From positions 1 through 58,981 of IMG/VR virus record IMGVR_UViG_3300035670_000238: 58,981 nt of DNA, one strand, 5' to 3'. The translations under genes were made by a program, and so were the position numbers. The notes below the pieces were generated by a model. The model did not search any database. It was not told where the DNA came from and saw only the letters and a list, made by a program, of their open reading frames with translations. Below are positions 45,215-53,126 of this stretch, in pieces (the stretch's first letter is position 1; every line of letters begins with the position of its first letter). This DNA is from a virus (taxonomy: Duplodnaviria; Caudoviricetes).

Positions 45215-46028
45215 GCTGCGGGTATGTTTGAGTGAGTAGATTGTGGTGGTTATGTAGTGGATATGTTTTTATGAGTAGATTGGAGGGGGTTTAGTAAGTT
45301 ACGGGTATGTTTGAGTGAGTAGATTGGTAGAAATAAGTTGCGAGTATGTTTGCGTGAGTAGATTCCTGCACAAGAGGAAGGCGGGTCGGGTTGTTTTTGG
45401 TGGGGGCTGTGGATATCTACTCATAAAAAGTTGCCCGTGGGATGTTGATTTTGACTATTTCTGTCTACTCATAAAAAGATTATATATGGATGTAAGTTGT
45501 GGGTATGTTTTACTGAGTAGATCGGATTTTAGATTGGAGCGTAGTCAAAAATGTTGATTTTTAGGATGAGCGGAATCCTGCAAGTGATTGATTTCCCTCA
45601 CTTTAGATAATTAGTTAGTTTTTTGGAGCAGAGAGAGATTTCTTTGGCGGGGTTGGTGAGGATTACGTGGGCAACTTTTCGTTCACGTGTTGGAGGGGCG
45701 GTCAAACTTTTCTGTCTAGTTTTGACTAATCTAAATACATAACTAACTAATGCCTATCTTTTGTGCAGATTGAAAAAAAAATCCTTTGCAGATCAATGAC
45801 TTAGTTTACGAATATTAACTTCGTCACGTAATCTGTAGATTGCTAAAATCCGGTGCACGCAAGTCCTTGATTTTGCTCACATTTGTCAATCTACAACACA
45901 TGCAATATAGTGCATGTCCTGTGGATATCTACTCAGCCAAACATACTCGTAGTTTGTCGAAATTCTGTCTACTCAGTCAAACATACTCGTCAGATAACCA
46001 ATCTACTCAGTCAAACATACCCGCCACG
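45215..46028. other. Non-coding control region: probable replication origin (or packaging site) with iterons, AT-rich core and IHF sites
   Basis: About 10 copies of GTATGTTTnnnTGAGTAGAT in both orientations; AT-rich centre; three WATCAANNNNTTR-like sites. Confidence 0.65.
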
Positions 46029-46044
46029 TAATCCCATGGGATTA
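46029..46044. promoter_or_regulatory. 16-bp palindrome copy 6 (perfect: TAATCCCATGGGATTA)
   Basis: Borders the iteron region. Confidence 0.8.
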
Positions 46045-46050
46045 GCCCAC

Positions 46051-46097
46051 CGTCGTTCGTCGTTCGTCGTTCGTCGTTCGTCGTTCGTCGTTCGTCG
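46051..46097. repeat. Tandem heptamer (CGTCGTT) x6.7
   Basis: Perfect tandem repeat. Confidence 0.95.
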
Positions 46098-46193
46098 GTG
46101 CGCAGCCCGACGCGCACTGCGACGTTTCGCGCCACGCGCCCGCGCGAGCGTGATAGTAGGCCTGCCCGGGATGATAGTAGTTTGTTCAGACGC

Positions 46194-46225
46194 AAAAAAG
46201 CCCGCTCCGGTTTCCCGGGCGGGCT
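46194..46225 (-). terminator. Rho-independent terminator
   Basis: Minus strand reads AGCCCGC-CCGGGAAACCGGA-GCGGGCT-TTTTT. Confidence 0.85.
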
Positions 46226-46258
46226 CGGAGGGTTGCGGGGCTTGCGCCCCGCCTTGGT

Positions 46259-46894
46259 TTACGCTGAGGCCTTGCCCTTGATGACCTTGCCAGTTGCGGC
46301 CTTGTTCAGACTGTATCCGCATTCAATCAGACGCGCCACGATGCGCGGGTGATATACCGCATCTTTGAGGTATTCCTCGAGGTTGTCGAGCCATGCCGAA
46401 AAGGCGTCAACTTCAGTCTTGTCAACTGTTGCCGGTTGCGCCACGGGCGCGGCCGGTTTTGCAGCGGGTTTGCGACCTCCGCCTGTCTTGCGGCCGAACC
46501 CATGGGTTTCGCGCACCTGCTTTGCAGCATCGCGCATCGCATGCTTGCTCAGGTCGACTGCCTCGCCTGCGGTGATTTGCTGATCGGCAAGCTTGCCATC
46601 CTTGCCCATGGTACGCACGGAAACCGGACACTGCGCGGCCGCAAGGATCGTCAAGGCGTCAACGAACAATGCGCGCACGTTGTGGCCTGCGGCCTCGAAG
46701 TCGGCCTTGTACACTGCCGCCACGGCCGCGATACGCTCTGCGATCGGCTTGGACCCGTTAAGCTGAACGGCCGCAAGCTTGGCGGCCTCACGGGCCTTTG
46801 CCAGCATTGTAGTGGCGGCCGCGCCTGCCTCAAGAATCAGGGAACCAACGGCCGCGTCGCGGGTGAGAACAACGGGAAGGGTTGCTGCTGTCAT
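46259..46894 (-). CDS. Ala-rich hypothetical protein, monocistronic
   Basis: GGAG RBS; has its own terminator; flanked by palindrome copies 6 and 7. Confidence 0.85.
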   Translation of the reverse strand: MTAATLPVVLTRDAAVGSLILEAGAAATTMLAKAREAAKLAAVQLNGSKPIAERIAAVAAVYKADFEAAGHNVRALFVDALTILAAAQCPVSVRTMGKDGKLADQQITAGEAVDLSKHAMRDAAKQVRETHGFGRKTGGGRKPAAKPAAPVAQPATVDKTEVDAFSAWLDNLEEYLKDAVYHPRIVARLIECGYSLNKAATGKVIKGKASA

Positions 46895-47003
46895 GACAAT
46901 CTCCAAGTATTCCGGGCAAGCCCGGCAAGTATCCGGGGGTCCGCCCGGCCGGCAGTCGCATTTGCAACGTGAAACAAGTATATAACAAATCCGTAGCTTG
47001 TGC

Positions 47004-47024
47004 TAATCCCATGGGATGGGATTA
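47004..47024. promoter_or_regulatory. Palindrome copy 7 (variant with a 5-bp duplication)
   Basis: TAATCCCATGGGATGGGATTA. Confidence 0.7.
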
Positions 47025-47144
47025 TTTCGCGCCCACGCATGATAGTAGTTGGGTAGGTGTGGCGCACGCTGGCGCAGCCGCGTCAAGCTCAGCGGCCCGG
47101 ATTACATGATAGTAGTTGGTCTGGCCCGCTATGCGGGCCGCGCG

Positions 47145-47231
47145 CTAGCGCGCGAGGTGCTCGACGACCTGCCACGTCCAGAAGGCGACGACAGCGGCGA
47201 GGGCGATGAAGGCGAGGGGTTCGCGAAGCAT
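47145..47231 (-). CDS. 28-aa single-TM peptide (not in ORF track)
   Basis: GGAG RBS 6 nt before ATG; MLREPLAFIALAAVVAFWTWQVVEHLAR; followed by a GC hairpin. Confidence 0.6.
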   Translation of the reverse strand: MLREPLAFIALAAVVAFWTWQVVEHLAR

Positions 47232-47445
47232 GCTGATCTCCAGTGATTAAGTGCAGCTATATTGTATAGGTATTCGACGACTTGTACGCAGGCAACGCGG
47301 CCGGACATGATAGTAGGCAAGGGGGGTACAGGACCCCCACCCGCCCCCTCCCCGGGGGAGTGGTTTTATCCGTCACCCTCATAACTTTCCTCATTTTTCA
47401 AAGTCCGACATCCACGTAACATATCCACAACTTACTCTACCCCCC

Positions 47446-47474
47446 TTGCACCCCGACAAAAGTTCTGTTAGGTT
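47446..47474 (+). promoter_or_regulatory. Candidate promoter for terS (possibly leaderless mRNA)
   Basis: TTGCAC-17 bp-TAGGTT with a TG extension; ATG 7 nt downstream; no SD sequence. Confidence 0.45.
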
Positions 47475-47480
47475 CGAGTC

Positions 47481-48029
47481 ATGCATAGTGCGATTCATGC
47501 CGATCAATTACTTCGTAGCGTAGCGTTAGCCGTAGCGCGTAACGCAGTGGGCGCAATGCGCCCAGAAAACGAGGTAGCGGCTTCGGAAGGGATAACCGTG
47601 CAGGAATTGCGGTCAATCTCACAGAATCCGCAGTTTCAGCGCTATGTCGACACGTTTACAACTGAATTACGCGACTCAGGGTTCTCTTTTGCAGCGAAAT
47701 GTCGTGTGCTGGCCGAAGATCTGTTGCCGAACGCATACCACATGGTCAAAGACCCTGACGTACCTGCCGCAGTTCGAGCAAAAGTCATCGAAAATCTGGT
47801 GGAGTGGGCTGATTTGAAGCCCCGTCGAGACACCAATACCGCTGCTCAGGGTGCAGGATTCAGCATTACGATCAATTTGCCGAGTGCAGCCCAGATTGCC
47901 CAAGGAAAAACCACAGAAATCGTCGAAGTAACGACGGTTGACGAGCAACTTACCACGTCACCAACCCCTCAGATTGCATTTGAGGAGCCAGAGGATTACG
48001 AATACGCTGGTGACGACATCTACGCCTGA
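47481..48029 (+). CDS. terS: Terminase small subunit (putative)
   Basis: Directly upstream of terL; HTH-like N-terminus, GFSITINL strand, acidic tail. Confidence 0.7.
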   Translation: MHSAIHADQLLRSVALAVARNAVGAMRPENEVAASEGITVQELRSISQNPQFQRYVDTFTTELRDSGFSFAAKCRVLAEDLLPNAYHMVKDPDVPAAVRAKVIENLVEWADLKPRRDTNTAAQGAGFSITINLPSAAQIAQGKTTEIVEVTTVDEQLTTSPTPQIAFEEPEDYEYAGDDIYA

Positions 48030-48037
48030 GCTTTTCC

Positions 48038-49438
48038 GTGACGCACTCGGTTATTTACACCCCACCCCTGTCGCTTGCTGGCTTTCTGACGTCTGAGTCG
48101 TTCATTTCGCTCGTGTCAGGCCCGGTTGGGAGTGGTAAATCCAGTGCAGCCATGATGAAAATCGCCTACCACGCAAAGCAGATGCGCGCAGGTAGAGACG
48201 GTGTGCGACGTTCACGTGCAGTAGTGGTGCGAAATACCAACCAGATGCTGACGGATGCGACGATTCCGACGTTTATGACGTGGTTTCCAGAGGGTACTGC
48301 GGGTCACTACGCACGCACAGACAAGCGTTTCTTCTTGCGGTTTGATGATGTCGAGTGCGAGGTGCTGTTTCGAGGCCTTGACGATGCGAACGACGTACGT
48401 CGTCTGCTGTCTCTGGAATGTTCGTTCGGTGTGCTGGACGAGTATCGAGAGATTCACCCGGACATTTTCAACGCATTGCAGGGTCGTGTGGGGCGGTATC
48501 CGTCGGTGGCCAATGGCGGCTGTGTGACAGACACAGGGGATCCCAACCATCACATATGGGGTGCGACGAACGCGCCTGACTCGGATACGTTCTGGGAAGA
48601 GTACATGTCCAGCCCACCGTCGACCGCGCAGATATTCATGCAGCCGTCGGCACTCTCCCCTGAAGCGGATTGGAAAGAGAATCTGATTGCGGGTTATTAC
48701 GAGACACTGGCGGAAGGTAAGACCGAGGATTGGGTAGACGTCTATATCCACAACAAGTTTGGGCGCAGTCTGTCGGGTACTCCGGTGTATCAGCGTTCGT
48801 TTGTGCAGGATTTTCACGTGTCCGACGAGCCTCTCAAGGCCATACACAGCCCGAGTTATCCCATAACACTAGGTGTGGACTTTGGGCGCACACCTGCGGT
48901 GGTGTTTATGCAGCGGGATCCGCGTGGGCGGGTGTTGGTGCTGGATGAGTTGACGTCGGTCAACATGGGTATTGAGACGTTTATCAGAACAGAACTCAGT
49001 CCGTTCATAGCCAATCACTATCCGGGGTATGACTTCGTGGCGGCACCGGACCCAGCGGGGTTTATGAAACAGCAGTTAAACGAGATGACGCTCGTCGATG
49101 CGCTGAAAGAGGCTGGGTTTCGGTGTGTCAGACCGCCGACGAACGACCCGGAGAAACGCATTGCAGCGGTGGAGCGTCTGCTGGCTCAGCAGATCGATGG
49201 GAAAGCGATGTTTCTTGTGTCACCCACGTGCAAGCAGTTGATAAAAGGGTTCAGGTCCGGCTATCGGTACAAGCAGAAAAAGAACGGCGAGGTTGAGGAT
49301 CGGCCGGAGAAGAACGAGTCATCGCACGTGCATGATGCACTGCAATATGGGTGCGCGGTGATTGACATGAACATACGCGGGTTTGGGATACAGCCTGCAC
49401 GCAAAGAGATCCGTCGCGTTCGGTACGCCTACACCTGA
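48038..49438 (+). CDS. terL: Terminase large subunit
   Basis: GPVGSGKS, VVRNT, LDEYRE, TNAP, ENL..GYY, GVDFGRTPA, DPAG, SH..DALQY. Confidence 0.95.
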   Translation: MTHSVIYTPPLSLAGFLTSESFISLVSGPVGSGKSSAAMMKIAYHAKQMRAGRDGVRRSRAVVVRNTNQMLTDATIPTFMTWFPEGTAGHYARTDKRFFLRFDDVECEVLFRGLDDANDVRRLLSLECSFGVLDEYREIHPDIFNALQGRVGRYPSVANGGCVTDTGDPNHHIWGATNAPDSDTFWEEYMSSPPSTAQIFMQPSALSPEADWKENLIAGYYETLAEGKTEDWVDVYIHNKFGRSLSGTPVYQRSFVQDFHVSDEPLKAIHSPSYPITLGVDFGRTPAVVFMQRDPRGRVLVLDELTSVNMGIETFIRTELSPFIANHYPGYDFVAAPDPAGFMKQQLNEMTLVDALKEAGFRCVRPPTNDPEKRIAAVERLLAQQIDGKAMFLVSPTCKQLIKGFRSGYRYKQKKNGEVEDRPEKNESSHVHDALQYGCAVIDMNIRGFGIQPARKEIRRVRYAYT

Positions 49439-49493
49439 CACTGTGCAGACTTGACAGATCGGGGTACAATGCGCTAACGCCCGTGGAGGCCGC

Positions 49494-50306
49494 ATGTCGT
49501 TTTTCTACCCGTCGATTTCGTTCGAAGACCTCACCGAGCCTTTTGAGCTTCAGGTGGCACGAGGACAAGTGCCGGGGCATCGCGTCGTTCATGTGTTTGG
49601 GTACAACCCGGATATTGACTCTGGGGTAGAAGAGACGGTGTGGACATACGGCGGGATATACAGCCACCTTGCAGCACCCTCCATCCTTACAGTCTCATCA
49701 GGTAGCACAGACGACGCGGCAGCAGGTACTGGTGCGCGGACAGTGTTTATCGAGGGGATCAGCGGCACTGGGGCCGAGGTGTCGGAATCAGTCACGCTCA
49801 ACGGACAGACTGCGGTCAGTACAACGCATGCCTACACAGAGATTAACTTTGTGACGGTGACAAGCGCTGGAAGTGGTGGCGCGAATGCCGGGGCGATCTA
49901 CGTTGGGTATGGGACAGTCACACTGGGTGTGCCTGCGCAGGTATACGGACACATTCTCGCGGGTTACAACCGCAGCCTGACTGGGCATTATCAGGTGCCT
50001 TCGGGCCATACAGGGTTTATCGTGCGAGGCAGCATCTCGTCGGGCACGGAGAACAACAGCGGATACGTGTTGGGTAAACTCGTGTTGCGAGATCCGGTTT
50101 CGAATCTTAACCTTGTGTCGGCAGCGGTGACGTTTAGTACAAGCAAAGTCGACTTTGAGTTTCCGTACGCCATAAAGGTACCGGCAGGGGCGTGTGTGAC
50201 TGCACGGGCCTTGACAAACAAAAACGACGATCAGGTATCGAGCTATTTTCAGATCGTGCTGATCGAAGGGGCACCACAACCCGGCCCCGGTACACCGAGG
50301 ATTTAA
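49494..50306 (+). CDS. Conserved virion-associated protein
   Basis: GGAGG RBS; LQVARG...G......FG.N.D...ET.W, D...GTGAR.V.I.G. Confidence 0.75.
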   Translation: MSFFYPSISFEDLTEPFELQVARGQVPGHRVVHVFGYNPDIDSGVEETVWTYGGIYSHLAAPSILTVSSGSTDDAAAGTGARTVFIEGISGTGAEVSESVTLNGQTAVSTTHAYTEINFVTVTSAGSGGANAGAIYVGYGTVTLGVPAQVYGHILAGYNRSLTGHYQVPSGHTGFIVRGSISSGTENNSGYVLGKLVLRDPVSNLNLVSAAVTFSTSKVDFEFPYAIKVPAGACVTARALTNKNDDQVSSYFQIVLIEGAPQPGPGTPRI

Positions 50307-50307
50307 C

Positions 50308-52392
50308 ATGGCACTTGGACTTGCGATCATACCCGTTGCCAGTGCGACGGACCTTGAGAACGAGGCTCGCAAACGCAACGACGAGATGCAGGCGCAGCCT
50401 GTCATTCAGGGCCTCGCGTCATACGTCAAGCAACGATGGGAAAGCGCAAGGATTGCCAAACGGCAGTTGGAAGAGCGCATGCTTAAATGCTTGCGTCAGC
50501 GCAATGGTGAGTACGACCCCGACAAGCTCGCTGAGATCAAGGAGCAGGGTGGGTCTGAGATCTTTATCCAGCTAAGTTCGGTCAAGTGTCGGGCAGCGAC
50601 AAGCTGGCTGCGAGACACGCTGTTGGGTACGGGTGCAGATAAACCATGGGGGCTTGATGCGACACCCGAGCCCACGCTGCCGCCGGAGATTATGGCGGGT
50701 TTGCAGCAGCAGTTGACACAGCAGTTGATGACGCACATGGAGCAAGGCGGTGTGCCACCGACCGAGGAGCAGCTTCGTGAGATCGCGTCACAGATGAAAG
50801 ACGTGGCCATGCGGCAGGCGCAGGAAGAAGCCAACCGCCGTGTTGACCGCATGGAACGCAAGATGGAGGACCAGCTTGTCGAGGGTGGGTGGTTGAAAGC
50901 ACTCAATGAGTTCCTCGATGACATCGTCACGTTTCCCTACGCGGTGATCAAAGGTCCGATCAAGCGCAAACGCAAGACACTGGAGTGGCAGAACGGACAG
51001 CTCGTCCCTACCGAAAAGATTCGCAATGAGTGGGAGCGTGTCGATCCGTTCTACCTGTACTGGGCTCCGTGGGCGTGGGAACTGAACGACGGCTATGTGA
51101 TCGAGCGGCATCGTCTGACCGCTGATGAGTTGCAGGCTCTCATCGGTGTGCCGGGTTACAACGACGATGCTATTCGTACGGTACTCAATGACTTCTCGTC
51201 GATGGGTATGAAGCAGTGGCTGTGGACTGACGCATCCAAAGCACAGGCTGAGGGCAAGTATGTCACCGAGGCGATCATCAGCGACGACTTGATCGATGCG
51301 CTTCAGATGTGGGACTCGGTCAAGGGCAGCTTGCTGTTGGAGTGGGGCCTGACTGAGAAAGAGATTCCTGACCCTGCACTGAGCTATCCGTGTGAGGTGT
51401 GGCTGATCGGCACGCAGGTCATTCGCGCGGTTCTGAACTATGACCCGCTCGGGCGCAAGCCGTACTACCTCACGTCGTACGAGAACCTGCCCGGGTCGGT
51501 TGAGGGCAAGGGCGTGACGGATCTCTGTCGTGACTCACAGGCGATGGTGAACGCATCGGCGCGTGCTCTTGCGAACAACATGGGCATCTCGTCAGGTCCA
51601 CAGGTGGGTGTGAACATCAGCCGCTTGCCTCCGGGCGAGGATCTCACGGATATGCACCCGTGGAAGATCTGGCAGTTCCAGAGCAGTGAGATCAACGACG
51701 GCTCACAGCCGCTTCAGTTCTTCAGCCCACAGAGCAACGCCAACGAGTTGATGGGTGTGTTCGAGAAGTTCTCGGCGCGTGCTGATGAGGACACGATGAT
51801 CCCGCGTTACATGACAGGTGAGACGACTCCCGGCGCAGGCCGTACGTCCTCGGGTCTGTCGATGCTCATCAGCAATGCTGGTAAAGGGATCAAACAGGTC
51901 ATCACCAACATCGACCACAACGTCATCATCCCAGCGATTGAACGCCTCTACCAAGACAACTTGCGCTATAGCGATGACCCGGATCTGATCGGCGATGTCG
52001 ACATCGTGGCCAAGGGCGCGACGAGTCTGGTTGTGAAAGAAGCCGAGGCGATTCGCAAGAACGAGTTCTTGCAGTTGATTCTGAACAGCCCTGTGGCTCA
52101 GCAGATCGTTGGGCTGCCCGGAACGGCCGAGCTTCTGCGTGACTCGGCTCGCAACCTGAGTGGCAACGTCGATCGTATCGTGCCGGAGCGCTCGCAACTG
52201 AACGTCATACAACAACAGCAGCAGATCATCACTCAGCTACAGCAGCAACTTACCATGCTCATGGGTGAGATGCAGCAACCCGGCGCTGCGCCACAGCAAG
52301 GACCGATGCGTCCGAAGAACATGCTCCCCGATGGTTCGCAGGTAGGCGGGCGTGAATCGAACTTTGTCTCAGCAAGACCAAACGGAGTCTGA
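50308..52392 (+). CDS. Portal protein
   Basis: 694 aa between terL and scaffold; KCRAA.SWLRD, RVDPF, G.RT.SG.SML, Gln-rich C-terminus. Confidence 0.9.
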   Translation: MALGLAIIPVASATDLENEARKRNDEMQAQPVIQGLASYVKQRWESARIAKRQLEERMLKCLRQRNGEYDPDKLAEIKEQGGSEIFIQLSSVKCRAATSWLRDTLLGTGADKPWGLDATPEPTLPPEIMAGLQQQLTQQLMTHMEQGGVPPTEEQLREIASQMKDVAMRQAQEEANRRVDRMERKMEDQLVEGGWLKALNEFLDDIVTFPYAVIKGPIKRKRKTLEWQNGQLVPTEKIRNEWERVDPFYLYWAPWAWELNDGYVIERHRLTADELQALIGVPGYNDDAIRTVLNDFSSMGMKQWLWTDASKAQAEGKYVTEAIISDDLIDALQMWDSVKGSLLLEWGLTEKEIPDPALSYPCEVWLIGTQVIRAVLNYDPLGRKPYYLTSYENLPGSVEGKGVTDLCRDSQAMVNASARALANNMGISSGPQVGVNISRLPPGEDLTDMHPWKIWQFQSSEINDGSQPLQFFSPQSNANELMGVFEKFSARADEDTMIPRYMTGETTPGAGRTSSGLSMLISNAGKGIKQVITNIDHNVIIPAIERLYQDNLRYSDDPDLIGDVDIVAKGATSLVVKEAEAIRKNEFLQLILNSPVAQQIVGLPGTAELLRDSARNLSGNVDRIVPERSQLNVIQQQQQIITQLQQQLTMLMGEMQQPGAAPQQGPMRPKNMLPDGSQVGGRESNFVSARPNGV

Positions 52393-52393
52393 T

Positions 52394-52768
52394 ATGAAAG
52401 GCATCACGGCAACTGCCACGTTTGAGGGCTTCGTTGCGATGGCGCAGCACGCCATTACGAATGCTCAGCAACAGCACTGGAGAACTCGTAGCTTTGCTCA
52501 ACACCAAGCCCTCAGTGAGTTCTATGAGAACTTCGCAGATAAGCTTGACGAGCTTGTGGAGTGCTATCAAGGGCGTGAGGGGTTGATCCTTATCCCCGAG
52601 ATGTCGTTTCACAAAGAAGCCGATCCTGTCGTCATGATTAAGACGATGCGGCGCTTTCTGGACGAAAACCGCGAAATCATCACAAGCTATAAAGAGATTC
52701 AGAATCAGTTCGACGAGCTGATTGCGATCATGAACAAAGCTTTGTACAAACTTCAATTTCTAGCTTGA
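52394..52768 (+). CDS. Ferritin/Dps-like four-helix protein (DUF5856-like)
   Basis: HW.T.SFA.H.AL.EFYE....D.LVE.YQG...N..DE.......Y.L.FL. Confidence 0.8.
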   Translation: MKGITATATFEGFVAMAQHAITNAQQQHWRTRSFAQHQALSEFYENFADKLDELVECYQGREGLILIPEMSFHKEADPVVMIKTMRRFLDENREIITSYKEIQNQFDELIAIMNKALYKLQFLA

Positions 52769-52801
52769 CGCCATTTGGGCGTCAGTGCTATAAACAGGTA
52801 T

Positions 52802-53044
52802 ATGAGTCATTTTATTGGGTCCAAACCTGAACGGAAGCACATGCAAGCGCTTATGCGCTGCAAGCTGCCGGAGAACGAGGCGTTGTTGGATTTGTTTCGC
52901 ACTGTTTTGTTCGAGATCAAATCGCGATTGATCGAGGCAGAACAACCAGCACGTATCGCTCAGCTTCAGGGGCAGGCTAAATTGATTCTTGATTTCCTCG
53001 ACGCGATTGAAAAATCGCCCGAGATCTTAACGCGGCTCAAGTAG
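52802..53044 (+). CDS. Small head-morphogenesis protein
   Basis: Helical ...LQG.A..I..FLD pattern; sits between portal and scaffold. Confidence 0.7.
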   Translation: MSHFIGSKPERKHMQALMRCKLPENEALLDLFRTVLFEIKSRLIEAEQPARIAQLQGQAKLILDFLDAIEKSPEILTRLK

Positions 53045-53126
53045 CCGCATCCGTAGCAAACCATTATGTTGACAGCAGACCGGACAGCCGGAGCTTGAAA
53101 ACAGAGTTGGAGCGAAAGGAAAACGT

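Noticed and set aside
45215-46028. CRISPR array
   Set aside because: The repeats are degenerate, irregularly spaced and in both orientations. There is no cas operon, and the Cas4-like gene sits in the replication module.
45315-46352. ORFs called in the iteron and microsatellite region
   Set aside because: They are translations of repeats (SSFVVRR, RRTTNDE), lack an RBS and have atypical composition.
46961-46976. parS-like site TTTGCAACGTGAAACA
   Set aside because: Single copy, three mismatches to TGTTNCACGTGAAACA, and no ParA or ParB recognised.
45408-47429. DnaA boxes (ATATCCACA at 45408, 45920 and 47421)
   Set aside because: Each misses the first T of TTWTNCACA, and two are part of the iteron-associated repeat; support is too weak.
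48038-49438. Inteins or introns in terminase, polymerase or helicase
   Set aside because: Lengths are normal and motifs are contiguous; no Hint or intron signatures.
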